DNA of 64,000 nucleotides from a virus: positions 32,001 to 96,000 of IMG/VR virus record IMGVR_UViG_3300007169_000025; one strand, given 5' to 3'. Positions 19,220-29,254 of the stretch are shown piece after piece (the stretch's first letter is position 1; every line of letters starts with the position of its first letter). The notes beneath the pieces were generated by a model, which had not been told where the DNA came from, did not search any database, and saw only the letters and a program-made list of their open reading frames with translations. Position numbers and translations under genes: made by a program.

Positions 19220-19814
19220 TAAAAGTATTTTTGTAGTGTCGAAAATCTTTTATTAATTGTCTTGCATGAAATAGTTCAAGCGGTATGCTATCGGTGTAAT
19301 TTATCATAGGTAGATAATATCTGCTGACTATTTTTTCTAATCTTTTAATATCTATGCTTAATGCATCAACGATTTTATTGTTGTACTCTAGATCTTGAAG
19401 TAACGATAATAACCATACATGATATTCACTTTCAATATTATATGTTCGTGTTAATTCTCTAACTTCATAAAAAAGTGCTTTAACTGGATTTATACTAGGT
19501 CTGTATTTTGTTAGTACTGAAGGAAATTTAAAATCGCTAGATTCAGTCTCTAGCTGATTCATTGTGCTAACATAATCTTTTCTCAGCGCAATTTTTAAAC
19601 TATCTAAATTATTTTGTATTTTTCTTTCGTAGTCTTTAATAAGTGCGTTGGCAATTTTCTGATATCTAGGATTTAGTTTTTCGTAGTATTCTTGTTTAAT
19701 ATCATCGATAGAATATGCCCCTTCGAGCAAGTCAAACGGCAGCGTTTTTGTTTTATGATATTTTTCTAGTTCTTGCTGAATTCGCAGCAGAACAAAATCA
19801 ACGATGTCATCCAT
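19188..19814 (-). CDS. Hypothetical helical protein
   Basis: 208-aa ORF with an AATAAATA motif 5 nt upstream of the ATG. Confidence 0.65.
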   Translation of the reverse strand: MDDIVDFVLLRIQQELEKYHKTKTLPFDLLEGAYSIDDIKQEYYEKLNPRYQKIANALIKDYERKIQNNLDSLKIALRKDYVSTMNQLETESSDFKFPSVLTKYRPSINPVKALFYEVRELTRTYNIESEYHVWLLSLLQDLEYNNKIVDALSIDIKRLEKIVSRYYLPMINYTDSIPLELFHARQLIKDFRHYKNTFITLRSWRPED

Positions 19815-19822
19815 TACAATAT

Positions 19823-20248
19823 TTATTCTGTATGGATTTTTAGGATAGTTTGTAGTTTATCTGTTCCGCCGTTTTTGTTCAGTGTAAGCCTAGCACCGTT
19901 GTGCAACGGCTGCGGCCAAACACCAATATCAACCCATGCATAGCCTGCACTTTCTCCGTTTAGTTGTGGAATAAATTCTTTATCTATTACAGCAACAAAA
20001 CTGTAATAATAAAATTTTTTATCCTTGCTTTGATAAACGTCAATAGGGTTGAGCTTTGTTAATTCTGGCACAAAGCCAATTTCTTCAGTGAGTTCTCGCT
20101 GAATACACTCGTAGGGAGTTTCGCCCTTCTCAATTATACCACCCCAAAAGCCCCAAGTATTCTTAAAGCGTTTGTCTGAGTTGCGTAATTGGAGTAAGCA
20201 ACGTCCTGTATCTTTAGCTAAAAAAACTACGCCAGCAGCAACAGTCAT
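19823..20248 (-). CDS. NUDIX hydrolase
   Basis: Nudix box GGIIEKGETPYECIQRELTEEIG. Confidence 0.92.
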   Translation of the reverse strand: MTVAAGVVFLAKDTGRCLLQLRNSDKRFKNTWGFWGGIIEKGETPYECIQRELTEEIGFVPELTKLNPIDVYQSKDKKFYYYSFVAVIDKEFIPQLNGESAGYAWVDIGVWPQPLHNGARLTLNKNGGTDKLQTILKIHTE

Positions 20249-21597
20249 TACAGTACAAGTCTCCAGTATCCAGGATTGTATTCACCTTCGTAACTACTTA
20301 TCCATGAACTACCGGTCCACTTGTATTGTTTTGATGTATAATCGTTGGTTATGTAATGCACAGTAGTAACATTTGCTGAATTAAATGCAACTTGCCACGC
20401 TGAGCCATTATATTGAATAATGTCGTTTTCTTTTGCAGCTATGCCCCAAGCAGGATATCCTGTAGGGTGAAGTTCTTCTGTTATTAGATATCGTTGTCCT
20501 AGCACGGCAGCAGGTAATCCTGCACCTGGAGACGCTGTTCTAGGGTCAATGATACGGTCTACATCAGTAAGTGTGTCGCTGGGTAATGTATCAGGGTCTA
20601 AATTAAAAATAAGTGCAGTTTCGTCTGTTGGGTTAGCAGTAACTGATCCAATAACAAAATTATCCTCGCTATCAGTATCGTTGCTGATATTTAATTTTAG
20701 CAAACTAGTTGCTGACAAAATACCTTGCATTTCAATTAAATCTGCCCATGGTTTTCTTATACCGGCCAAATCAACTAAAAATACACTTGAACCTGAAACT
20801 TGAACTCTATAATTGTTTGGCGTAATAACAACTTCAGCAGTATCAGGAATTGAACCAAAGAAGTCATTGTATTGAGAATCAAAACCGAGCTCGCCAATAC
20901 TACCAGTAGTACTATGCACATCTGCAATAATTTGTTGAATAATAGTTTGACGCTTAACTTTAGCTGGCGGACTAATCCAAATAGGTACACTAAATGTTAA
21001 TGTTGAAATGTCTAGAGATTCGTCAACGCCCGCTGGAATACTACGACTGCTCCAATTAATGTCAGTCATTTCTACTTCAAACACACTGGTCCAGTCTAGT
21101 GGATTATCATTGCTTTGTAATTGAATACTTGGATTAAAAATTACAAATAACTGCTCTAGTAACTGCAATTTAGTATCAGTATTAGTAGTCCATATGTCAA
21201 CTTGAATGGTCATGTTATATGGAACAGGCATATATCGTTGTGTAGTATACAAGTTTCCTTGATCACTACCATAGGTGCCCATGTCATTATTGTATGCCCT
21301 TTCAGCAACCTGTCTTGTATCAACTAAGAATGGTTCAGCAGTTCTATCTCGGGCAGGCTGTATACTCTGAATACTAATAGTGATCATTGGTGCGTTATTC
21401 ATCGCATTTTCACTATTGTTTCTTAAAATACTAGCAACCATACGACTCATGTCACCGTAACGAGCAGGTACACGATTATACTTAATACCGTTACGAGTAT
21501 TTTCTTTTACTTTAAAATGAGAAAAGATACGGATAATCTGAATCAGATATCGCTTTATTTGTTCATCATACCAATAATCTAAGTTTTTGCCTGCCAT
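20248..21597 (-). CDS. Tail sheath stabiliser/terminator (gp15-like) with C-terminal DUF2793-like domain
   Basis: YWYDEQIKRY..F, RVPARYG and MPVPYN..IQVDIWT..LQLLEQL..FNPS motifs; C-terminal GQRYLI..NDIIQYNGSAW; next to the neck gene. Confidence 0.7.
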   Translation of the reverse strand: MAGKNLDYWYDEQIKRYLIQIIRIFSHFKVKENTRNGIKYNRVPARYGDMSRMVASILRNNSENAMNNAPMITISIQSIQPARDRTAEPFLVDTRQVAERAYNNDMGTYGSDQGNLYTTQRYMPVPYNMTIQVDIWTTNTDTKLQLLEQLFVIFNPSIQLQSNDNPLDWTSVFEVEMTDINWSSRSIPAGVDESLDISTLTFSVPIWISPPAKVKRQTIIQQIIADVHSTTGSIGELGFDSQYNDFFGSIPDTAEVVITPNNYRVQVSGSSVFLVDLAGIRKPWADLIEMQGILSATSLLKLNISNDTDSEDNFVIGSVTANPTDETALIFNLDPDTLPSDTLTDVDRIIDPRTASPGAGLPAAVLGQRYLITEELHPTGYPAWGIAAKENDIIQYNGSAWQVAFNSANVTTVHYITNDYTSKQYKWTGSSWISSYEGEYNPGYWRLVL

Positions 21598-21605
21598 ATG
21601 TGTCC

Positions 21606-22682
21606 TTAGTTATCTGTCTTTGGTTTAATGACTTTACTGAGATTAGTTTTTTCAGGCTCACTTAAACCGTTTGAATCAATTCTATAATTGTCGTTGTTAA
21701 TGAATGTGCTGAGCACACGATTAGCCGCAGCCCACTCTCTACGATTATCGTCACCGACGCGAATCCATCTATTTCCCGATTTCTGGAATAGTCTATTTGG
21801 ACTAAAATCTGTACGCAGGAAATAATCGCCATCGCTAATACCAATTATTGGGAAACTTTCACCGCTACCAGCAATAGGTACTCCGTTTACAGGAACGCCA
21901 GTGTCACCCGCAAAGTCAAAGCCTATAGTTGGCTTATCTGGTACTTCGGGGTCAAAATATAAATGTCCAGTTCTTCTCCATTGTGGGTCATATGGAACAT
22001 CTCGTTCAGCTTGTGCAAGTATAGCGTCGTTGATAGCAATTTCGCTTTCGTATTTGCTAACAAGATTACGCAAGTCCTCTTCGTTTTCACCAGTACCAAG
22101 TATATCTCTGTATTCTTGGCTGTCGCTGATTGGACCGCACTTGACACGCCATAAATGTGGCCACCAGCGCGGATCAAAGCCTTCGCTGGGTCTAGCACCA
22201 TCTTGAACTACATAAAATCTATTAATAGCACCTTCTGCACCTAATAGAAGATCATCTCGCAAGTGAGGTAATTCAATAACATCACCGGGCATCAGTTTAC
22301 GACCCAATGACTCTACCATACTTTCAATATGGAACGTTAGAAAAACAGTATCGTTGGCTAAAAATAAGCCAAACTGTGTTAAATCATAACTATCGTTATC
22401 TTGTATATTGTATTGCCCGCGCAGCTCGTAAATGTTTGTATCATATTTGCGATCTCTGTTTTCTAAGAACAGCAAATCTTGAATGAAAACCTGATCATTA
22501 ACGGTGTTGCCCGCAGGTGGTCTAGTAGGATCAGCGGAATTAGCATTTACAGTATCATGTATACCTAAATATTTGTGAACATGTACACCTGTACCACCAG
22601 CATATAGGTGTTCACCTACAATTCTGTCGATGAATTTGTAGTCGTTGGTCTTAATAGGATTCCACAGGCTTATTTTGGGCAT
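21606..22682 (-). CDS. Neck/head-closure protein (gp14-like)
   Basis: DLLFLENRDRKYD, LTQFGLFL.NDT and LMPGDVIELP motifs; late promoter upstream. Confidence 0.65.
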   Translation of the reverse strand: MPKISLWNPIKTNDYKFIDRIVGEHLYAGGTGVHVHKYLGIHDTVNANSADPTRPPAGNTVNDQVFIQDLLFLENRDRKYDTNIYELRGQYNIQDNDSYDLTQFGLFLANDTVFLTFHIESMVESLGRKLMPGDVIELPHLRDDLLLGAEGAINRFYVVQDGARPSEGFDPRWWPHLWRVKCGPISDSQEYRDILGTGENEEDLRNLVSKYESEIAINDAILAQAERDVPYDPQWRRTGHLYFDPEVPDKPTIGFDFAGDTGVPVNGVPIAGSGESFPIIGISDGDYFLRTDFSPNRLFQKSGNRWIRVGDDNRREWAAANRVLSTFINNDNYRIDSNGLSEPEKTNLSKVIKPKTDN

Positions 22683-22687
22683 AATAC

Positions 22688-22732
22688 TATTTATCAGAAC
22701 TTCTAGAACATCATTCTACCAAACGATAAGTA
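22688..22732. promoter_or_regulatory. Divergent late promoters (GATAAATA minus strand 22688-22695; variant GATAAGTA plus strand 22725-22732)
   Basis: Both motifs lie in the 75-nt gap between the neck gene and the enzyme cluster. Confidence 0.55.
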
Positions 22733-22757
22733 TTAGATAATCAGTCTAAAAGGCCCT

Positions 22758-23630
22758 ATGCATAGTTTAATTAAGGGCGCCCGCCCTATAAAAAGCAGCC
22801 AAATAAGAGATCACTATAATCGCTTTGAGTATAGTGATGTGTCCCTTGCTGACTATACCGAGATATGGCGAGAATGGCTAACTTACACTGATTTAAAAAC
22901 CTTAGATGGTTTAGAGCATTTTAAATACGCAGATTATACGCAAGGCACTAGTCAAACGTTTGACAATTTTGTACTAAAACACGGAAAAGAAAAAACAATT
23001 TTTGCCATGCGTGGCGACTTTCAGTATCACGCATGTATATCTAAGTTTTCTGATTTTGACTATATTGATGGCGACTTTAAAACATCTAAGTTTTTTGGCT
23101 TAGGTTTAGCGGCTGTTATAGTTAGCGCACCGTTCAGCGATTATGGTTGTATGCATCCAGAATTTGAAAAACTTATGGAAATGTGCGATTTTTATAAAGC
23201 GCCAGTTTGCTTAGATCTAGCGTATTGGGGCATATCAAAAAACATTCATATTGACTTAAACAAATATCCTATGATAACAGAAGTTACATGTAGTTTAAGC
23301 AAGCCATTTTATTCATTAGAAAATCACCGTGTGGGTGTTAGATTTACTCGAGAATATACTGATGATGGTATTAGTATGATCAATGAAGTAAACATGCAAA
23401 ACAACTACAGTATGAGTTTAGGTGCGTATTTTATGAAAAATTTTAGTCCAGATTGGAACTGGGATACATTCGGACAACAGTATGAAGATGTATGTAATGA
23501 TCAAGGATTAGTTTATACTGATACAGTAATTTTTGGTCTAGGTGACGAAGCACGTCATAAAAGTTTTAATCGAGGCGTTTTTAATAATTATCGGGTCTGT
23601 GTCAGCGAATTTTTAGGAGATATAAATTGA
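22758..23630 (+). CDS. PLP-dependent aminotransferase-like enzyme (fold type I)
   Basis: GTSQ, DLAY (D-x-A-Y) and SLSK..R.G (SLSKPFYSLENHRVG) match the class I/II PLP-lysine region. Confidence 0.65.
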   Translation: MHSLIKGARPIKSSQIRDHYNRFEYSDVSLADYTEIWREWLTYTDLKTLDGLEHFKYADYTQGTSQTFDNFVLKHGKEKTIFAMRGDFQYHACISKFSDFDYIDGDFKTSKFFGLGLAAVIVSAPFSDYGCMHPEFEKLMEMCDFYKAPVCLDLAYWGISKNIHIDLNKYPMITEVTCSLSKPFYSLENHRVGVRFTREYTDDGISMINEVNMQNNYSMSLGAYFMKNFSPDWNWDTFGQQYEDVCNDQGLVYTDTVIFGLGDEARHKSFNRGVFNNYRVCVSEFLGDIN

Positions 23631-24685
23631 TTGTAAATTCACATAATGATTGGGATCCACTTGAGGAAATTATTGTTGGTCATGCACACCATAGTCGTAT
23701 CGCAACAGATATAAGTGCCCGAAGTTTTAGCTATGCTAATCATCCTGCAGAAAAAGTTATTCCGTTAGAAGGAACATATCCACAATGGGTAATTGATGAA
23801 GCAAACGAAGATGCAGATGGTTTAGCTGACACACTTACTAAGATGGGCGTAAAAGTTCATCGTCCTAAGATTATTGATTGGGATAATATTAATTACGACA
23901 TTGGGCAAGGATGGAATACCAAAGGTTGGTATAGCTGGTGTCCTCGCGACTTAATTCTTCCATTAGGCGATATGCTTATTGAAACACCCACACCAGTTCG
24001 CGCAAGATATTTTGAAACAAGATTATACGAAGACATTCTCTATCAAGCCTTTGAAGATGGTGCGTTATGGGTACAAGTACCAAAACCAAAACTACATGAT
24101 AATATGTATCAGTTTGAAGATCTGAGTAAAGCTACGTTGATGGATCACGAGATCTGCTTCGATGCTCCTAATATTGTTCGTGTAGGCCGCGACTTACTGT
24201 ATCAGGTCAGTAACAGCGGCAACATGAAGGGATTTAAGTGGCTCAAGCGTTTCTTAGAACCATTGGGTTATAGATTACATTACAGTGAGCTTTACAGCTT
24301 TGCACACTTTGACAGTACTATTGTACCATTGCGTCCTGGTTTAGTGTTGTTGAACAGTACACGAGTTACACCAGACAACTGTCCAGAGATCTTTAAGAAG
24401 TGGGATAAAATTTGGTTTGATGATTGTGTTGTGCAGGGAAGCAAACTAGCTGAGCAGGGTTACATTGCTCCTTGCAGTCCATACATTGGTATGAATATTC
24501 TCAGCGTTAACGAGAACACAATTATCTGCGATAGCGCACAAGAACCTCTTATGCGTGAACTAGACAAGCACGGCATTGATAGTGTGCCAGTTCGTTTCCG
24601 TCATAGTATGACACTAAGCGGCGGCATCCACTGTGCCACACTTGACCTACGCCGTAAGGGTACATTAGAGGATTATTGCAACTAA
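23627..24685 (+). CDS. Amidinotransferase (glycine/inosamine-phosphate amidinotransferase family)
   Basis: NSHNDWDPLEEIIVG, CPRD, FDAPN, HFDST and catalytic GGIHCATLDLRR motifs. Confidence 0.92.
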   Translation: MIVNSHNDWDPLEEIIVGHAHHSRIATDISARSFSYANHPAEKVIPLEGTYPQWVIDEANEDADGLADTLTKMGVKVHRPKIIDWDNINYDIGQGWNTKGWYSWCPRDLILPLGDMLIETPTPVRARYFETRLYEDILYQAFEDGALWVQVPKPKLHDNMYQFEDLSKATLMDHEICFDAPNIVRVGRDLLYQVSNSGNMKGFKWLKRFLEPLGYRLHYSELYSFAHFDSTIVPLRPGLVLLNSTRVTPDNCPEIFKKWDKIWFDDCVVQGSKLAEQGYIAPCSPYIGMNILSVNENTIICDSAQEPLMRELDKHGIDSVPVRFRHSMTLSGGIHCATLDLRRKGTLEDYCN

Positions 24686-25230
24686 TGAATAACTTAGGTT
24701 TTATAAACATAGATTTCGTTACGAATGAGATGCTTTATACCTTGAAGTTTACTGAGCATAATCATGTAAATTATTCAGGCGGATACTGGGACGAAATAGG
24801 CACTCCAGTGCCGGATTATCCATTTGATGGCCCATGGGTTTATCAGATGTTTAATAATGATTGTCCAAACTGGGCGCACGATATTAAAAATATGTTTAGT
24901 GATAAACTTATATACTCGATGGTTGCAATTAACTTGTTAAAGCCCGGTCGATTCATTCCTCCGCACCGAGACAAGTTTGTTAGATTATTAGCAGATGCAA
25001 AAAAGAATGATTTGAATACAGAGAACCTTGTTCCAGTAAGAATAAATATTTTTTTACAGAATCACATACCGGGACACTTTTTTGAAATGAATAATTCTGT
25101 TTTTACAAATTATCAAAAAGGAAACTATAGTATCATACATAAAAATGTAATTCATTCTGTTGCTAACATAAGTCAATATAATAGATATACAATGCAAATA
25201 ACAGGCTTTGCGAGGGAAGATTTAATATGA
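24676..25230 (+). CDS. 2OG-Fe(II) dioxygenase / cupin-fold hydroxylase
   Basis: PG..IPPHRD (HxD) ... HSVAN ... RYTMQITG facial-triad pattern. Confidence 0.7.
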   Translation: MQLMNNLGFINIDFVTNEMLYTLKFTEHNHVNYSGGYWDEIGTPVPDYPFDGPWVYQMFNNDCPNWAHDIKNMFSDKLIYSMVAINLLKPGRFIPPHRDKFVRLLADAKKNDLNTENLVPVRINIFLQNHIPGHFFEMNNSVFTNYQKGNYSIIHKNVIHSVANISQYNRYTMQITGFAREDLI

Positions 25231-26147
25231 AAATTTTTATGACAGGCAGTTCAGGATTTATAGGTCAGCACCTTTCTGAAAGATTATCAGGACACGAATT
25301 ACACTTTTTAGCTTGCGACCTTCGAGACCATCTTTCGGTTGTGTCTCAGGTTAAGTCAGTACAACCTGATATTATTATCCATCTTGCTGCCCGTACAGAA
25401 GTAGAGCAGAGTTTTTACGAGCAGAATGTATTCAGCGATGTTAACTATGTTGGTACTGTTAATTTAATTGAAGCAGCAAAGCATGTACCTAATTTAAAAA
25501 ACTTTATTTTTGCTAGCACCATGGAAGTATATGGATGGCAACCAATCAGTGATTTAATTCGCGACGGCAAGGAAGATCCAAGCAACATACCTGCATTTGA
25601 TGAAACTACATTACCAAACCCGAATGCACCATATGCAGTAGCAAAGTATGCCTGTGAAAAGTATCTAGAGTATGCACATCGCAGTTATGGTTTACCGTTT
25701 ACTGCTATTCGTCAAACAAACAGTTACGGTCGCAAAGACAACAATTTCTTTGTAACAGAACAAATCATTTATCAAATGTTAACTAATTCACATGAGGTAA
25801 ATTTAGGTTATGCAGAACCTTACAGAAATTTTATTTTCATCGATGATTTATTAGATGCTTGGGTAGCAATAGTTGAAAATCCTGAAAAGTGTAATAACAG
25901 TATTTTTTGTTTAGGCCCAAATGCACCTATTAAGATTAGACACTTTGCTGAAAAGATTGCAGATAAGCTCAATTGGTCCGGTCGTATTAACTGGGACACA
26001 AAACCAAAACGACCTGGGGAAATTTATCTGTTAAATAGTACTAACAAAAAAATTACTAACGCACTAGGTTGGGAACCAAAAATAGATTTAGATACTGGGT
26101 TGGATTTGACAATCGACATTTGGAAGAAAAATTTAGGGAGAAAATAA
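25227..26147 (+). CDS. NAD-dependent NDP-sugar epimerase/dehydratase (extended SDR)
   Basis: TGSSGFIG, IHLAA, STMEVYG, YAVAK (YxxxK), RNFIFIDD and LGWEPK motifs. Confidence 0.92.
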   Translation: MKIFMTGSSGFIGQHLSERLSGHELHFLACDLRDHLSVVSQVKSVQPDIIIHLAARTEVEQSFYEQNVFSDVNYVGTVNLIEAAKHVPNLKNFIFASTMEVYGWQPISDLIRDGKEDPSNIPAFDETTLPNPNAPYAVAKYACEKYLEYAHRSYGLPFTAIRQTNSYGRKDNNFFVTEQIIYQMLTNSHEVNLGYAEPYRNFIFIDDLLDAWVAIVENPEKCNNSIFCLGPNAPIKIRHFAEKIADKLNWSGRINWDTKPKRPGEIYLLNSTNKKITNALGWEPKIDLDTGLDLTIDIWKKNLGRK

Positions 26148-26148
26148 G

Positions 26149-28035
26149 ATGAATGTTGCATTTGTGCAACCAAACTTCCAAACTGGCCCACGGCATCTAA
26201 ATGCATTTTATTTGCCCTACACCGTGGGTATCCTTTGGTCATATGCTAGTCAGTATTCTCACATTAGCGAAAACTTTTCTGTAAAACATTGGATATTTAG
26301 AAGAGATCCAGTTGATCAGGTTGTTGCTCAATTATCAGAGTGCGAGATTGTATTTTTTAGTCTGTATGTTTGGAACAGAGAATATTGTTTCAAAATAGCT
26401 AAAAAACTAAAAGAACTAAATCCTAAAGTTTATACTGTATTTGGCGGCCCTGATTTGCCTCATCGTAATAAGAATCTCTTTGACGAATTTCCTTTTATTG
26501 ACGTTGCTGTTATTGGCGAAGGCGAACACATGGTCTATGAAATATTAGATCAATATTTGCAAGGTAAAAAGCCTGTTAGACACAGAGCCCATGCACCAAG
26601 AATTCGTGACCTAGAAATACCAAGCCCATACTTGACTGGTATATTTGATGAACTAATCGCTGCTCATCCAGACATCGAGTGGATGCCTACACTAGAGACT
26701 GACCGCGGTTGCCCGTATAAGTGTACGTTCTGCGATTGGGGCAGTCTAACATCTAGTAAAGTAGTTAAATTTGGATTAGAACGTGTATTTGCTGAATTGG
26801 AGTGGTTTAGCAAAATGAAAATGCCATTTCTTACAATGACTAATGCTAACTTTGGTATTTTTAAAGAGCGCGATATTCTAATAACTGATAAGATAGTTGA
26901 ACTTTCTAGAGAAACAGGATACCCTAGCGGTCTCGGCGTAAGCTATGCTAAGAACAGTAATAAAGATGTCTTTGACATCGTTAGAAAGTTTCAAGAAGTT
27001 AACATACAAACTGGATTTATTTTAAGTCTACAAACTACTACTGATGAAGTCCTAGAAAATGTTAAGCGTACTAACATGAATATCAATGATGTTTCGGAAA
27101 TAGCAAATTATGGCAGATCTTTGCAATTGCCAATCTTTACTGAAATCATTATGGGACTACCTGGCGAAACTTTAGAAAGCTGGAAACAGAATATTGAAAA
27201 TATATTAGATGCTGGACTGCACAACGGCATTGATGCGTTTCTACTAAACATGATAGAAAACGCACCTATGGTAGATGATATTGAAAAGTATGATTTAAAA
27301 ACGTTTGCTGCATACGATATGTTTTACGAAACATCAGATAGTTTAGAAGAATCTGATAGAGTTAATGAAACGATACAAGTTATCAAAAGTACTAGTACAT
27401 TAACTGTAGAGGATTTGCTGGAAACAATCATCTACACATGGTTCGTTATTGGTTTTCATATACATGGTATATCTGATATTATTGCAATCTATTTAAGACG
27501 AGCAAAAAATGTATCCTATAAAGAATTTTATGATAAGTTAATTGATCAAGTACGAAAAGATCAAAACATAATTGAATGGGAAAATAAAATTCGGCATGCA
27601 TATTTAGATTGGCATAATACTGGTATCTTTAAGTTAGACTTAATTGGTTTAAAGTTATCTAGTTGGCAAGTACCAAATTCTATGAGTTTAATCATGCATC
27701 AAACTGATACAGTTGATCACTATATTGATACAGTGAAAGAATTTGTAATCGAGAATTATGATATTGACCCGGACATTATTAGCGATTATGAGGTATTATC
27801 AAAAAACAGAATTAAGCAGTGGGGTCGTTATAATATAACACCTAAGCAGATTTGTACAAAAACAACACTATTTGACTACACTCAAAACCTGTGTTATAAT
27901 GTTACAAATGAACAACAACAGTATTTGATTGCAGATAGGTATAACCAATTCCCTACAGAGCTGTCGCAACATATTGATTATGTTATATACGGCCGCCGAA
28001 AAATGTGGGTTTTAAATGTGGTTGACAAACTCTAA
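26149..28035 (+). CDS. Cobalamin-binding radical SAM enzyme
   Basis: B12-binding region (VFGGP, IGEGE), PSPY, RGCPYKCTFCDW (CxxxCxxC) and IMGLPGET. Confidence 0.9.
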   Translation: MNVAFVQPNFQTGPRHLNAFYLPYTVGILWSYASQYSHISENFSVKHWIFRRDPVDQVVAQLSECEIVFFSLYVWNREYCFKIAKKLKELNPKVYTVFGGPDLPHRNKNLFDEFPFIDVAVIGEGEHMVYEILDQYLQGKKPVRHRAHAPRIRDLEIPSPYLTGIFDELIAAHPDIEWMPTLETDRGCPYKCTFCDWGSLTSSKVVKFGLERVFAELEWFSKMKMPFLTMTNANFGIFKERDILITDKIVELSRETGYPSGLGVSYAKNSNKDVFDIVRKFQEVNIQTGFILSLQTTTDEVLENVKRTNMNINDVSEIANYGRSLQLPIFTEIIMGLPGETLESWKQNIENILDAGLHNGIDAFLLNMIENAPMVDDIEKYDLKTFAAYDMFYETSDSLEESDRVNETIQVIKSTSTLTVEDLLETIIYTWFVIGFHIHGISDIIAIYLRRAKNVSYKEFYDKLIDQVRKDQNIIEWENKIRHAYLDWHNTGIFKLDLIGLKLSSWQVPNSMSLIMHQTDTVDHYIDTVKEFVIENYDIDPDIISDYEVLSKNRIKQWGRYNITPKQICTKTTLFDYTQNLCYNVTNEQQQYLIADRYNQFPTELSQHIDYVIYGRRKMWVLNVVDKL

Positions 28036-28049
28036 ATTCCTGCTATACT
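28022..28049 (+). promoter_or_regulatory. Sigma70-type (early/middle) promoter
   Basis: TTGACA-16 nt-TATACT with a TG extension, starting in the end of the radical SAM gene. Confidence 0.75.
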
Positions 28050-28079
28050 GTATTTGTATTTGAAATTCAGGAGTAACTT

Positions 28080-29240
28080 GTGGCTAGAGCTAAAGCACCT
28101 AGAAAGTTATCTGTTAACGGGTTTTCGGAACCCGAATGGCGTTTGGTCCAGCTGGACATGAAGCCCATTAGGATTAACGGAATCGAAAAAGATTATAATC
28201 GTTTGCTGTGGGAGGCTGACTCCTATGTGCATTCAGAGGTAGATGATAAAAAGAAGGCAGCATCTTTTATCAAATATTGTGAAAAGAATTTTGATAAAAA
28301 AAGTGCAGCCGCACTGAAGCGCCTACCTGAGTATAACTTTATTACAGTTGGTAAGATGGCTTACTTGCTGGAAAAAGGTGTAGCACTACCTGAACAGCGT
28401 ATTGCTAAACTTAAAGAGTGCTATGAAGGCTTTCTAGTACAGGCTGCTAATTTAGAAAAGAAGAAAGCAGATGTTGAGGCTGTTAAGCCCAAGGCAGTTA
28501 TTACTGTTAGTATTCAGCAGCGTATGAGGGAACAGGTTAGCGATCTATGCGCTCACTGGGATTATTTGTTAGACGAACTTTGTCGTAAGCGTCTCGATAT
28601 TTCTACATTTGATCCTTATAGCCAGATGCAAAGTTATAAGGATAATATGATTAAGGCAGCACATGCTAAGATCATTAAGGAAATGTACGAAGCACAACAT
28701 TCTGAGGCAAGAGAAGTTGTAGCATGGAAAGACGAGCAGATCAAGGAAGGCTATGCCTATATGACTCCTAAGATGCGTAAGGAGTTCCTTGAATTTTACG
28801 AAAAGATTGCTATTGCCTGCGACACCTTTATCAATACAGGTAAGGCTGTACGCAAGACTAGAAAGAAAAAGCCTGTTAGCAAGGAAAAGGCAATTGGCAA
28901 GCTCAAATATAAGCAGAGTGAGCCAAGTTTGGGATTAGCTAGTATCAATCCAATGAACATTCTAGATGCTCAGGTACTTTGGGTATATAACACAAAGAAC
29001 CGTAAATTGGGTGTATATGTTGCTGAAGAACATCATAACCTTCAAGTTAAGGGTACAACAATCTTAGGCTTTAACGCAAAGCAGAGTGTACAAAAAACGC
29101 TACGCAAACCCGAATTGCTTAAGGGCGCCGATAAGCTGGCTCGAACTAAGTTTCAAAAGCTCTTTGAGGGGCTGAATGCGGTTGAAACCGAGATGAATGG
29201 GCGAATTAACGAGCATACCCTGCTAATTAAGGTGTTCTAA
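28080..29240 (+). CDS. Conserved basic hypothetical phage protein
   Basis: 386-aa ORF, GTG start with AGGAG Shine-Dalgarno, Lys-rich; function not recognised. Confidence 0.7.
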   Translation: MARAKAPRKLSVNGFSEPEWRLVQLDMKPIRINGIEKDYNRLLWEADSYVHSEVDDKKKAASFIKYCEKNFDKKSAAALKRLPEYNFITVGKMAYLLEKGVALPEQRIAKLKECYEGFLVQAANLEKKKADVEAVKPKAVITVSIQQRMREQVSDLCAHWDYLLDELCRKRLDISTFDPYSQMQSYKDNMIKAAHAKIIKEMYEAQHSEAREVVAWKDEQIKEGYAYMTPKMRKEFLEFYEKIAIACDTFINTGKAVRKTRKKKPVSKEKAIGKLKYKQSEPSLGLASINPMNILDAQVLWVYNTKNRKLGVYVAEEHHNLQVKGTTILGFNAKQSVQKTLRKPELLKGADKLARTKFQKLFEGLNAVETEMNGRINEHTLLIKVF

Positions 29241-29254
29241 AGATAAATAGTAGT

